64,000 nucleotides of DNA. It comes from Syntrophaceae bacterium. Its GTDB lineage: Bacteria > Desulfobacterota > Syntrophia > Syntrophales > UBA5619. Both the position numbers and the translations under genes were made by a program. Shown piece after piece: positions 34,286-43,555 of the stretch. Where the stretch lies: positions 16,174-80,173 of the forward strand of contig PLLC01000107.1 in NCBI GenBank assembly GCA_003141195.1, read 5' to 3'. The notes beneath the pieces were generated by a model. That model had not been told where the DNA came from. It searched no databases and saw only the letters and a program-made list of their open reading frames with translations. Each line of letters begins with the position of its first letter. Within the stretch, counting starts at the first letter, position 1.

Positions 34286-36700
34286 TTATACATTTGAGAG
34301 AACTTTCGGGTTCACTTCATACCCCTGTGACTCGGGCCGCCCCGTTCTTCTCCCATAATCAACCTTGCCCACTTCCCGGATATATCCTCGCTCGATCAAG
34401 ATCATTATGCCGGGCTGAATTTTATCCATAGACGCGCAGCTTGTGTGAGAGAACAAATCGCGCCCCTTGAAGCTCTCCGGCCTGTGTCGCTTGACGTAGG
34501 AGAGAATTTTCCGGGCCACGGCGAGATGAGCATCCTCTTTCATAATCCCGAAAGCTGCTTTGGCGTGTTCGGTAAAGTACCCGCCCAGATAGCAGGCTTT
34601 TGATAGCGATTCGCCGGAGATAGGCTTTCCGATCCCTTCGGGGCCATGCTCCGCGAAATGCAGGAGTCCAGAGATACGGGCCACGGCTCCGGGTAACTTG
34701 CTACCCCAATCAACAAGGTGCTCAAGCTCACCTCCAGGACGCAGGAGGGATTCAACATCGGCATAAAAGCCGTTCCAGATCGTTTGAGCATCGAGGGCCA
34801 GCCTCAATTCGTGCCGCCCGGCGACTTCCATTAGGGCCACAATCAATCTGTGGTAGGCATCCTTGACGTTCACAGGAACAGGGGAAGTTTGTAAGATGCG
34901 GTATCCTGCCTTTGACTGACACCAAGCATATAAGAACCGGGCCGACAGTCCCCGCCCCCGAAATTCTGAATTGCGTCCGATTTCTTCAAGCACATCGGGT
35001 TGAACCGCCAACCCCAGGGTGAGGGCCGGGTGGAGCATGGACTGTGATCCCCGCCCTATCCTGCCACTGCTCCATGCGTCGCCGGTGTGAGCTTTCAGAA
35101 TTAGGTCAATGTTCGTGTTGCCCTTACTGTTATAAAGCCCCCCAATGATCTTGAAAAACCCGCCTTCCGCCGAAAGTATCGCCGCCCGTTCGTCATTGTC
35201 GGCCATTGTCTCCCCGAGCTTTTCCAGTGTGATATTGTCCACAAGATATTCCGGGACCGGGGGGACTGGATTCTCCTCAATCGTTTTCAGGAGGTCGGAG
35301 CAGTTCCGGAGAAGCGTATCGCGTTCCACTGGATCATCCGTATCCGCTGCCTTTTTTTCCAGTCTATCACGACGCTTTTCCAATACCCGCTTGCGGTTTT
35401 CCGCCTCACGGATAATGGGGATCATGGCATTCTGACGGGCTTTCTGGTGAGCATAGAGGGGGGCCGCAATCTGGCCTACAGTTTCGGATTTTCGATTCCC
35501 AGAACCCAGTACGGAGAGGAAATAGTGGTTCCCCTGCTCTGTGTGGGAATCAAGAACAATTCTCAACCGTGCGCCGATTGCCGTCGATAAAGCCGCTAAC
35601 ATCATACAGCCGGGGAGTCCCGGATCGACCTGACAGCTTACCGCAACTGCCGCAACCATTTGACCACAGGGGCCGGGGATCGCCTCGACCGGGAAGAAGG
35701 GGAGGAGGCTGTAGTCATTGAACGGAACAGGCTCCGGCCAATCATCGGGGGAAGGCTTCTCTTTCGTCTCTGCCCCCTCCTGTGACTGACGCTCCTCCCC
35801 GAAGTGCGCCTTGCATCCCTCGACAGCCTTCTGGATTGTCGCCTCGCCATAGGTGCATGGCCCATGTCGGACATCCCATTTTTTGCGGTATAAACCGGAC
35901 TCCCGGAAAGCTGCATCTATTGCCGCAGGATCGCCGTCCAGCCAGAAGGCAAGGTGCGAACACAGGCTGAGGTCCCCCTCACTCTGTGAAGGATAGGCCG
36001 AGTAATCGCCTTTCCACAAACGCTCGATCTCTGCACCATTAACGCTTTGGAAGGCTTTTTCCAGCAGCGGGTTCCGCCGGCCACCCGTAGATGTATTCGT
36101 CCGGACCGTCCTCTCCTGCTCGGAGGGCTTCTCCGTGGCTCCGAATACCGCCTTGTAAAAAGCATCAACCTCCATCTGCCGGGGTTCGATTGTTCGGGGG
36201 AATCCGTCCAGAACGTGGCCTGTCACGGTCACATATCGGCCAGACTGATAAACCTCAATCGGCCCTTTCCGCTTACCGTCCACGGGCAACTTGCTTTTGA
36301 GAAATACCCTGATCCCCTTACCTGAGGGGCTCACTTCCGTGTAAGAATTCAAGCTCCTGATATGGTCGGCAACAACCGGCAAAACCATGTTCAAGCCAGC
36401 GGATATTTCTGGATCAATCTCATCAAAGGCTGGGCATCTGCAATTATCAACATCCAAACCGACAATCCCTCCCTCCTGTGTTAAAACAAAACCGATTCCG
36501 TCATAACGTGGCGCCGCCTCTGCCACCGTAGAGAAGGGGCTCCATGTTAAAGGATTATTCGACTCTGCCAGCTTCCCGTTAGGCTGATAGGGGGGCTTTG
36601 TCGGCTTGCCCCCTTCCTTCCGGGGAACGGATTTCCAATTAACCCACTGACGGTATTGCTTAAGTTCATCCGGGATATTCTCGAAGATAGGGCTTAGCAT
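34286..36700 (-). CDS. replication protein: bifunctional primase-polymerase (PrimPol) N-domain + PriCT-2-like + DUF3987 (helicase-like)
   Basis: Start moved to MLSPIFENIPDELKQYRQWVNW (ATG 36700, 4 nt after the xis stop). GIGFVL...GLDVDNC...SPSGKGIRVF, then LCSHLAFWLDGDPAAIDAAFRESGLYRKKWD, and a long DUF3987-like C-terminal half. Confidence 0.8.
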   Translation of the reverse strand: MLSPIFENIPDELKQYRQWVNWKSVPRKEGGKPTKPPYQPNGKLAESNNPLTWSPFSTVAEAAPRYDGIGFVLTQEGGIVGLDVDNCRCPAFDEIDPEISAGLNMVLPVVADHIRSLNSYTEVSPSGKGIRVFLKSKLPVDGKRKGPIEVYQSGRYVTVTGHVLDGFPRTIEPRQMEVDAFYKAVFGATEKPSEQERTVRTNTSTGGRRNPLLEKAFQSVNGAEIERLWKGDYSAYPSQSEGDLSLCSHLAFWLDGDPAAIDAAFRESGLYRKKWDVRHGPCTYGEATIQKAVEGCKAHFGEERQSQEGAETKEKPSPDDWPEPVPFNDYSLLPFFPVEAIPGPCGQMVAAVAVSCQVDPGLPGCMMLAALSTAIGARLRIVLDSHTEQGNHYFLSVLGSGNRKSETVGQIAAPLYAHQKARQNAMIPIIREAENRKRVLEKRRDRLEKKAADTDDPVERDTLLRNCSDLLKTIEENPVPPVPEYLVDNITLEKLGETMADNDERAAILSAEGGFFKIIGGLYNSKGNTNIDLILKAHTGDAWSSGRIGRGSQSMLHPALTLGLAVQPDVLEEIGRNSEFRGRGLSARFLYAWCQSKAGYRILQTSPVPVNVKDAYHRLIVALMEVAGRHELRLALDAQTIWNGFYADVESLLRPGGELEHLVDWGSKLPGAVARISGLLHFAEHGPEGIGKPISGESLSKACYLGGYFTEHAKAAFGIMKEDAHLAVARKILSYVKRHRPESFKGRDLFSHTSCASMDKIQPGIMILIERGYIREVGKVDYGRRTGRPESQGYEVNPKVLSNV

Positions 36701-36704
36701 CGGC

Positions 36705-36923
36705 TCACCCCCTCTCCGGCAGGGAATCACGGGTGAGGACAGGGTGGGACCCCAACCAAGCTTCCAAATCTTCTTGCCGGTAGAGAACCTTCCCTCCAAC
36801 CTTGAAGTAGCGGCAGCCTTCCTTCCTGCACCTTTGATTTGCAAGATTTCCGATCGATAGGCAGGGGTAAAATTCTTTTATTTGTCTAATTGATAAATAA
36901 GTGGTGAAATTTTGATTGTTCAT
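36705..36923 (-). CDS. excisionase/AlpA-family HTH DNA-binding protein
   Basis: 72 aa. YLSIRQIKEFYP.LSIGNLANQRCRKEGCRYFKVGGKVLYRQEDLEAWL fits the excisionase-type HTH. Confidence 0.75.
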   Translation of the reverse strand: MNNQNFTTYLSIRQIKEFYPCLSIGNLANQRCRKEGCRYFKVGGKVLYRQEDLEAWLGSHPVLTRDSLPERG

Positions 36924-37325
36924 CGTAAACCTCCTAAATATTTTAGTTATTTAGGCTGTTCACGACCGTGGTGGGCTCGGGACAAGCAAAAGCACACATG
37001 AGTGTGTGCATTTTCCTCGCCTCAAGTTATCGGCTCTACTGTGATGAGTGGGTGGGGTTTTTAGATCGCTACGGCGGGTCACTATGGTGACTTTACGGCC
37101 GAGCGCATAAAAAAACAACAACTCGCTCTTTCCGAGCGCCCCGAGGGATCGGGATAGCTGCCCCGCGGCTCACTTAGGCCGCGAGAAGCCTCACGGGGAA
37201 TCCCCCCATGATAGTCTTAATATAGTAATTTTCTTTCAGTTTGTCAAGAAAAGAATCACAAACTTTCTTCTATATTAATAGTAACAAGAAATTCTTGTTT
37301 TTGTTAAGAAAACCGTCATCAACAA

Positions 37326-38483
37326 TCACACTTGATAGTCGGCAATCATGCTGACCACGTTCCTCTCCTGTGATTGATTAAAGCCGGTTTCCATCAGCTT
37401 GACGGCCTTCCGCTTCACGTCAGGGCTCAGGTGCGAATATCTCTGAACCATCGCCATTTGCCTATGGCCTGACAGTTCTGCAATCACATGGAGGGGAGTC
37501 CCCTGCATCGCCAGCCAGGAGCAGAATGTGTGTCTCGTGGTATGAAAAACAACCTTTTGCCGGTTGTCGCTGATCCCCTTATTGAATTCCAGAGCGTCAA
37601 CCGTCCGGTCGAAACTGTGGCTTACCTCTCGGATAGGCTCCCCCTTGCTATTCGTGAATACCAGATCGCCGGGGGTTTCTGGTTTCCTCTGCATAAGGAT
37701 TTCTTTCACAGGGGTGGTCATAAAGGCTTTCCGTGGGTACTTGTTTTTTGTGTCATCGACGTTGATAAGCTCTTGGTCGAAGTCCAGGTCATGGCCTCTC
37801 AGAGAGAATATCTCGGACGCCCTCATGCCTGTATGGAGGCCGATCATAGTTATGTCATGCCACAGAGGGGACCTATCCTTTAGACGTTCAAGCAATAGCC
37901 CCGCTTCCTCTGTGGTCAACCATCGTTCACGCTGGTTCTGTGGGACTGGCAATTTAACAAATTTGATAGGATTCGGGCCACTGTATAAATCCCAAGCGAC
38001 AGCCTTGTTAAAAATGGAACGGAACAGCACCAGGATGTGTTTTACACTTTGAGGTGAAAGTTCCTTGCTGGAGATGGCTGCTTTTAATCGCTCCAAGTCA
38101 AATGCGCTAATTTCATTCATTCGTTTCCCGGAAAAAAATTCTTTCATATGCTTATCATAGCGGAAGCGTTCCAAACTCCCGCCTCTTGTAAGGTTCGTCT
38201 CAGCCCACAAGAAATACTTATCCGCCACATCTGTGAAGAGAGGGGCCTTGACTTTATCTTTCGGTAGTTCCTCGCCGAACCGTATCTGCTTCATTCTCTG
38301 GGCGCGAATATCGGCAGCCAGCTTTGCACTATATCCTTCAGACAGCCAGCCTATCTTTTCCCATATCTTCCGCCCATCCTTCTTGTATGCAATGTCATAA
38401 CACAGGTTGGGCTTCCCCTTGAATATCTCCTCTGTGGACTCCCGCTGATAGACTCCCTTATGGATTCGGCTTCGTTTGCTCAT
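37326..38483 (-). CDS. tyrosine-type phage integrase
   Basis: 385 aa. HTGMRASE (Arg), HTTRHTFCSWLAMQG (H-x-x-R), LGHRQMAMVQRYSHL (Tyr). Confidence 0.92.
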   Translation of the reverse strand: MSKRSRIHKGVYQRESTEEIFKGKPNLCYDIAYKKDGRKIWEKIGWLSEGYSAKLAADIRAQRMKQIRFGEELPKDKVKAPLFTDVADKYFLWAETNLTRGGSLERFRYDKHMKEFFSGKRMNEISAFDLERLKAAISSKELSPQSVKHILVLFRSIFNKAVAWDLYSGPNPIKFVKLPVPQNQRERWLTTEEAGLLLERLKDRSPLWHDITMIGLHTGMRASEIFSLRGHDLDFDQELINVDDTKNKYPRKAFMTTPVKEILMQRKPETPGDLVFTNSKGEPIREVSHSFDRTVDALEFNKGISDNRQKVVFHTTRHTFCSWLAMQGTPLHVIAELSGHRQMAMVQRYSHLSPDVKRKAVKLMETGFNQSQERNVVSMIADYQV

Positions 38484-38508
38484 GGTCTCCCCCTTCCTGA
38501 AATAGTTT

Positions 38509-38529
38509 TGCGGATATTGCGGACGGTTT
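38509..38529. promoter_or_regulatory. operator-like 21-mer TGCGGATATTGCGGACGGTTT (copy 2), 26-46 nt upstream of the integrase ATG
   Basis: Identical to 34264-34284. Confidence 0.55.
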
Positions 38530-38602
38530 TCCGGTATATTGGAAAATTATTTATGGCCTTTCCCTGACCTCTGTGATAATAAAAATATTCAATAGACTCC
38601 CG

Positions 38603-38622
38603 TGCTACCCTATAGCTACCCT
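38603..38622 (+). repeat. 20-nt arm repeat TGCTACCCTATAGCTACCCT (copy 2)
   Basis: Identical to 27582-27601. Lies 137 bp inside attR. Confidence 0.8.
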
Positions 38623-38637
38623 CTTGGGTTAAAACGG

Positions 38638-38743
38638 GTGATTTTCAGTGAAAAGAACCAAAAAGGATTGCTACCAAAAACAGGCACAAACACCATATAT
38701 TATATGATTAGTTATGTCAAGTGATTTTTAGTGAAAAAGGCCA
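38638..38743 (+). repeat. pair of 23-nt direct repeats in the integrase-proximal arm
   Basis: GTGATTTTCAGTGAAAAGAACCA (38638-38660) and GTGATTTTTAGTGAAAAAGGCCA (38721-38743). Confidence 0.65.
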
Positions 38744-38758
38744 GAAGATGATATTCAA

Positions 38759-38807
38759 TGGTCTCCGGAACCAGAGGCCGTGGGTTCAAGTCCCACATCG
38801 CCTACCA
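38759..38807 (+). repeat. attR: 49-bp direct repeat (displaced 3' fragment of tRNA-Arg)
   Basis: Identical to 27485-27533. No 5' half of a tRNA precedes it. Confidence 0.9.
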
Positions 38808-38927
38808 TGCGGACAAAAGTCTTGATTTTCATGGAGACTTGTTATAAAAATCAAACTCATTTCAAAGAGGGACTCTCCTTGCCCGGACCTGGAGTCCGGG
38901 CTATAGAGCCGAAAGGAGGAAACAGCA

Positions 38928-39407
38928 TTGAGGAGATACGAAACCATACTGATCGCGCATGTCGATCTTTCCGAGGATGAACAGAGCAGCCTCATCGCCC
39001 GCTACGGCGCGATCGTAACGGGCCAGAAGGGCATCCTGGTCAAGGTCGAACGGTGGGGAAAGCGGAGGCTGGCCTACATGATCAAGAAGCAGGCCAGGGG
39101 ATTCTATATCCTGATCGACTATGCAGGCGAAAGTGCAGCAGTCAATGAACTGGAAAGAAATCTCAAGATCAATGACAAGATTCTGAAGTTCATGACCGTT
39201 CTCAAGGATGACGCGGTCGACCCCGCCGCCCTGGAGAAGGAGATCGCGGAAGCTGCGCAGAAGACGGAAAAGAAGGAGGAGGTCAAGGTGACTGCCCCTG
39301 AAACTCCTCCGGCTGCCGCTCCGGTTGAAAGTCCCGAACCGGAGGCAGCGGAGATTCAACAGCCGGCGCCGGAAGAAACGACGACAGATGTGAAGGGGGA
39401 TCATTGA
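38928..39407 (+). CDS. rpsF: 30S ribosomal protein S6 (with acidic/Pro-rich C-terminal extension)
   Basis: TTG start after [27 protein letters not shown]...[11 protein letters not shown]. Confidence 0.92.
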   Translation: MRRYETILIAHVDLSEDEQSSLIARYGAIVTGQKGILVKVERWGKRRLAYMIKKQARGFYILIDYAGESAAVNELERNLKINDKILKFMTVLKDDAVDPAALEKEIAEAAQKTEKKEEVKVTAPETPPAAAPVESPEPEAAEIQQPAPEETTTDVKGDH

Positions 39408-39409
39408 TC

Positions 39410-39685
39410 ATGGCGACGACACCTGCACCCAGGGGCCCCAGCAAGGGGGCCAGACCACAGAAAAAGTTCTTTCACCGGAGGAAATTCTGCCGTTTCTGTA
39501 CGGACTCGAACCTGAGGATTGAATACAAGGAAACGCAGACGCTCCGGGATTTCACAACGGAGAGAGGCAAAATCATGCCTCGCCGGATCACGGGAAACTG
39601 TGCAAAACATCAGCGGGAATTGACCGTGGCCATCAAGAGGGCGCGGACAATCGCCCTGCTGCCCTTTGTCGTGTCTGAAGGATAA
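39410..39685 (+). CDS. rpsR: 30S ribosomal protein S18
   Basis: ATG 39410. [13 protein letters not shown]...[21 protein letters not shown]. Confidence 0.93.
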   Translation: MATTPAPRGPSKGARPQKKFFHRRKFCRFCTDSNLRIEYKETQTLRDFTTERGKIMPRRITGNCAKHQRELTVAIKRARTIALLPFVVSEG

Positions 39686-39954
39686 GCAAAGGTGAGGCAG
39701 CCGTGGCGATGAGTTTTTGAACCGCGGCTGCCCCGTCTTCACCGGAAGGGAAACCGGTTGTACTGTTTTCTCTTCCGAATCATCACTCCAGGATCCATAT
39801 ACTCCCCGCTCCGCAAGGATATTCTCTGAATGGTTCGGCGGTTACACTGAGCGGAGGACTGGAAAATATCGGCGGTGCGTCCCCTTTCAGATGGCATTTC
39901 ACATGTCGGGTTTGGAACTTGGAAAGAGAAAAGGGTCCTTTATTTCATAACGGC

Positions 39955-40887
39955 ATGGTTTGGGCCGGCGCGATCCTTACGCTCACCTTTCTCTTCGTGG
40001 CCCTGATTCCTTTTGTCGGTCCGGTCGTCGTCATCCTCACGCCGTTGCCGGTACTCTACTACTGCACCCGTCTGGGCAGGTTGCGGGGACTGATGGTCCT
40101 GGCCGTTTCGTACCTGGCGGCATTCGGGATCCTCAGTCTTTCAGGGCAACGCGCGAACCTGCCCGTTCTGTTCATGATCGGTTTTGCCGGCGTGCTGCTC
40201 TTCGAGGTCCTGAAACGACATCGTTCCGTAGAAAAGACGTTTCTGCTGGCCTCGGCGGCGTTGTTCTGCTGCGGCGCAGGCTTTGTTCTTTATCATTCCT
40301 TCCTGGCCGGCATCGCGCCATGGCAGACGGTGGAATTCTATGTGGCGGGGATCGTCCGGGAAAATATCAAATTATATGCCCAGTTGAATATCTCGGAGGA
40401 GCAGGTCCGGCTGATCCGGGAGAGCGCCCCGCAGATCACCCATCTTTTCACAGCGATCTTTCCCGCCCTGGCCCTGTCGGGCGCCGTTTTCACGGTCTGG
40501 GTAAATCTGCTTGCCGGACGCCTGCTCTTTCGGATCCATGGCGTCGCCTTTCCCGATTTCGGCGATCTGGCCGCCTGGAAGGCCCCGGAAAGGCTCGTCT
40601 GGATCCTGATCGCCGCCGGGGGGATGGTGTTTGTCCCCATGGAAGGGGTCACCATCGTCGGGATGAACCTCCTGATTATCTGCGGTCTGATCTACCTGTT
40701 CCAGGGCCTGGCCATCGCCGCCTTCTTCTTCCGGCAGAAGCGGGTCCCCATGATTTTCCGATGGCTGTTTTATGGCCTGCTCCTGATCCAGCAGTATATG
40801 CTCATTATTGTGATCGCCTTCGGTCTTTTCGACATGTGGGTCGATTTCCGGAAACGGATCGGGGGAATTGGGAATGTCCCCGCATAA
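39955..40887 (+). CDS. DUF2232 (YybS-like) polytopic membrane protein
   Basis: Multi-TM ORF in the conserved slot between rpsR and rplI. The start is uncertain (TTG 39919 or ATG 39955). Confidence 0.7.
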   Translation: MVWAGAILTLTFLFVALIPFVGPVVVILTPLPVLYYCTRLGRLRGLMVLAVSYLAAFGILSLSGQRANLPVLFMIGFAGVLLFEVLKRHRSVEKTFLLASAALFCCGAGFVLYHSFLAGIAPWQTVEFYVAGIVRENIKLYAQLNISEEQVRLIRESAPQITHLFTAIFPALALSGAVFTVWVNLLAGRLLFRIHGVAFPDFGDLAAWKAPERLVWILIAAGGMVFVPMEGVTIVGMNLLIICGLIYLFQGLAIAAFFFRQKRVPMIFRWLFYGLLLIQQYMLIIVIAFGLFDMWVDFRKRIGGIGNVPA

Positions 40888-40937
40888 TCAATCCGGATGA
40901 CGGCAGCCGTTGCCGGCATCCCTCAAGGAGGAACAAC

Positions 40938-41384
40938 ATGAAGGTCATTTTAAGGCAGAATGTGGAGTCTCTCGGCAAGGCGGGAGATCTGGTCAAGGTT
41001 GCAGATGGTTATGCCCGGAATTTCCTGGTTCCCAAAGGGCTCGCCGCAGAAGCGAACAGCCGGAATCTCAAGGTCTTTGAACACGAAAAGCAACAAATCC
41101 TGCAGCAGGCGGAGAAGATTCAGAAACAGGCCGAGGAAACGGCCGTTAGATTGAGTGCGGTGACCTGCACGATTGCCCGCCGCGTCGGCGAGCAGGAGAA
41201 ACTCTTCGGCTCCGTGGGCGCGAAGGACATCGAAGAGGCGCTGGTCGCCCAGGGGATCGAGATCGACAAGAAGAGCGTCCTGCTGGATGAGCCGATCAAG
41301 GCGCTCGGCGAATTTCCCGTCCGGATCAAACTCAGCGCCGGCGTGACCGGCGAGATCAAGGTCGTTGTCGTGGCCGAATCCTGA
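40938..41384 (+). CDS. rplI: 50S ribosomal protein L9
   Basis: MKVILRQNVESLGKAGDLVKVADGYARNFLVPKGLA after AAGGAGG. This is the true gene inside the 474-aa track ORF 39960-41384. Confidence 0.93.
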   Translation: MKVILRQNVESLGKAGDLVKVADGYARNFLVPKGLAAEANSRNLKVFEHEKQQILQQAEKIQKQAEETAVRLSAVTCTIARRVGEQEKLFGSVGAKDIEEALVAQGIEIDKKSVLLDEPIKALGEFPVRIKLSAGVTGEIKVVVVAES

Positions 41385-41417
41385 TCGTAACAACCGGTAT
41401 TCCGCGAGGACTTCTCC

Positions 41418-42773
41418 ATGAAAGACATCGACGCCTCTCTGCACAAGGTGCCTCCCCAGAACCTCGAAGCGGAACAGTCCGTTCTGGGAGGCATCCTGCT
41501 GGACAATCTGGCCCTGAACACGGTTCTGGAGGTGTTGGATCAGTCCGATTTCTACAGCGATGCCCACCGGAGGATCTTTGCCGCCATCCTCGAACTTTCC
41601 AACCGCAACGAGCCGTGCGATCTGATCACCCTGAGCAACATCCTCAAGGATCAGAAACGAATGGAACAGGTGGGGGGAACGGCCTATCTCTCCTCGCTGG
41701 TGGACAACGTCGCCTCGGCGGCCAACATCGCCTATTACGCCAAGATCATCAAGGAAAAGAGCATCCTGCGCCGGCTCATCGGTACAGCGACCGAGATCCT
41801 GAACAAGAGCTACGACGCAAGCATGGATGTCGATCATCTCCTCGATGAGGCGGAACATGCCATCTTCGAGATCTCTGAAAACAAGATTCGCCCTTCTTTC
41901 TTCCCGATCCGGGACATCATCAAGGACAGCTTCAAAACGATCGAGCGGCTCTACGCCAGAAAAGAGCTGATCACGGGGGTGGCGACCGGTTTCGACAAGC
42001 TGGACGACCTGACCTCGGGCCTCCAGAAATCCGAGCTGATCATCATCGCCGGCCGGCCGAGCATGGGCAAAACCGCCTTTGCGCTGAACATCGCCCAGTA
42101 TGCCGCCCTGGAGATGGGCGTTCCTGTCGCCATCTTCTCCCTCGAAATGGCCAGGGAACAGCTCGCGACGCGCATGCTCGCGTCGGAGGCCCGCGTGGAC
42201 TCCCAGCGCCTCCGCAAAGGGTTTCTCGGGGAGACCGACTGGCCGAAACTGACCACCGCCGCAGGTCGTCTCTCGGACGCCCCGATCTACATCGACGACA
42301 CGCCGGCGATCACCGTCATCGAGATGAAGGCCAAATCCCGGCGCCTCAAGGCGGAGGCGGGGCTGGGGCTCATCGTCCTCGACTATCTGCAGCTCATGAG
42401 GGGGAGCGCCTACAAGGATTCGCGGGAGCAGGAGATCTCGGAAATCAGCCGTTCCCTCAAGGCCCTCGCGAAGGAACTCACCTTGCCGGTGATCGCCCTG
42501 TCGCAGTTGAACCGCAAGGTGGAGGACCGAACCAACCGCCGGCCGCAGATGGCGGATCTTCGGGAATCCGGGGCGATCGAACAGGACGCGGACGTGATCG
42601 CCTTCATCTATCGGGACGAGGTGTACAACCGGTCGGAAGACAACCCGGAAAAGGGGATCGCTGAAATCATCATCGGCAAGCAGAGAAACGGGCCGACGGG
42701 CATCGTCAAGCTGGCCTTTCAGGAAAAATACACCCGTTTCGAGAACCTGACCCGCGTCGACGAAGGGAATTAA
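41418..42773 (+). CDS. dnaB: replicative DNA helicase DnaB
   Basis: 451 aa. PPQNLEAEQSVLGGILLDN, GRPSMGKTAFALNIA, LSQLNR. Confidence 0.95.
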   Translation: MKDIDASLHKVPPQNLEAEQSVLGGILLDNLALNTVLEVLDQSDFYSDAHRRIFAAILELSNRNEPCDLITLSNILKDQKRMEQVGGTAYLSSLVDNVASAANIAYYAKIIKEKSILRRLIGTATEILNKSYDASMDVDHLLDEAEHAIFEISENKIRPSFFPIRDIIKDSFKTIERLYARKELITGVATGFDKLDDLTSGLQKSELIIIAGRPSMGKTAFALNIAQYAALEMGVPVAIFSLEMAREQLATRMLASEARVDSQRLRKGFLGETDWPKLTTAAGRLSDAPIYIDDTPAITVIEMKAKSRRLKAEAGLGLIVLDYLQLMRGSAYKDSREQEISEISRSLKALAKELTLPVIALSQLNRKVEDRTNRRPQMADLRESGAIEQDADVIAFIYRDEVYNRSEDNPEKGIAEIIIGKQRNGPTGIVKLAFQEKYTRFENLTRVDEGN

Positions 42774-42865
42774 GGTTCATCCGGTTTAAGTGTACTATTC
42801 TAAACTCTTTCTTCCTGCTCCACAACGAGGCAGAATCAGGAAAATCGGACTCATATCCTCAGCCC

Positions 42866-43525
42866 ATGGATTTGCAGAGCTCAACAAAGTTGATCCGAGC
42901 CGTGTTGTTTGATTTCGACGGCACGCTTACCGAACCCGGTTCCCTGGACTTCGGCGCCATCCGGGACGCCGTTGGCTGCCCCAAGGGTCGCCCGGTTCTT
43001 GAATTCATCAACAGCATAGCGTCGCAGGCGGAGCGAGCCGAGGCGTTTAAAATCCTCGATGCATTTGAAGCCGAGGCCGCGCGGCAATCGCGCCCCAATG
43101 CGGGGGCGGAAGAAGTGCTTGAGTTCCTGCGCGCGCGGGGCATGAAGGTCGGAATCATCAGCCGCAACAGCCTTGCTTCGATCCGGATCGCCCTCGATAA
43201 CTTCGGGCGAATCCAGTTGTTGGACTTCGCAATCATCCTCTCTCGCGACGACCCTTTCAACCCCAAGCCGAGCCCCGAAGGAATCCTGGCAGCAGTTAGA
43301 ATCCTGGGGGTTCCCGTAGCGCAAGTCCTGGTCGTCGGCGATTTTGTCTTTGATGTCGAGGCGGGACACAAGGCGGGGGCGCTCACCGCCTTTCTGACCA
43401 ACCGGGGTTCCTCGCATCCTTGCGCTTATCCATCGGATTTCACCTTGGAGCACCTGGGTGAGTTGAAGGAGATCGTAATCCTCTATGCGCCTCTGCCGGC
43501 CATATCGTCCTGCACTGGGTATTAA
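42866..43525 (+). CDS. HAD-superfamily hydrolase (phosphoglycolate phosphatase-like)
   Basis: VLFDFDGTLT motif I, ISRNS, VGDFVFDVEAG. Confidence 0.75.
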   Translation: MDLQSSTKLIRAVLFDFDGTLTEPGSLDFGAIRDAVGCPKGRPVLEFINSIASQAERAEAFKILDAFEAEAARQSRPNAGAEEVLEFLRARGMKVGIISRNSLASIRIALDNFGRIQLLDFAIILSRDDPFNPKPSPEGILAAVRILGVPVAQVLVVGDFVFDVEAGHKAGALTAFLTNRGSSHPCAYPSDFTLEHLGELKEIVILYAPLPAISSCTGY

Positions 43526-43555
43526 TGCCGCCGGTTCACTGAATTAGATGAATTG

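Larger units (their letters stand above)
27534..38807. mobile_element. ~11.3-kb integrative island in tRNA-Arg (integrase, excisionase, PrimPol/DUF3987 replication protein, secreted-protein cargo)
   Basis: Exact 49-bp direct repeats at both ends. Tyrosine integrase sits 276 bp from the distal repeat. Visibly AT-richer than the flanks, especially 27.5-29.9 kb. Core genes (amidase/tRNA on one side, rpsF operon on the other) resume immediately outside. Confidence 0.88.

Noticed and set aside
39960-41384. 474-aa plus-strand ORF
   Set aside because: Only its last 148 codons (from ATG 40938, with a strong RBS) are ribosomal protein L9. The upstream ~325 codons are an alternative frame of the DUF2232 membrane-protein gene.
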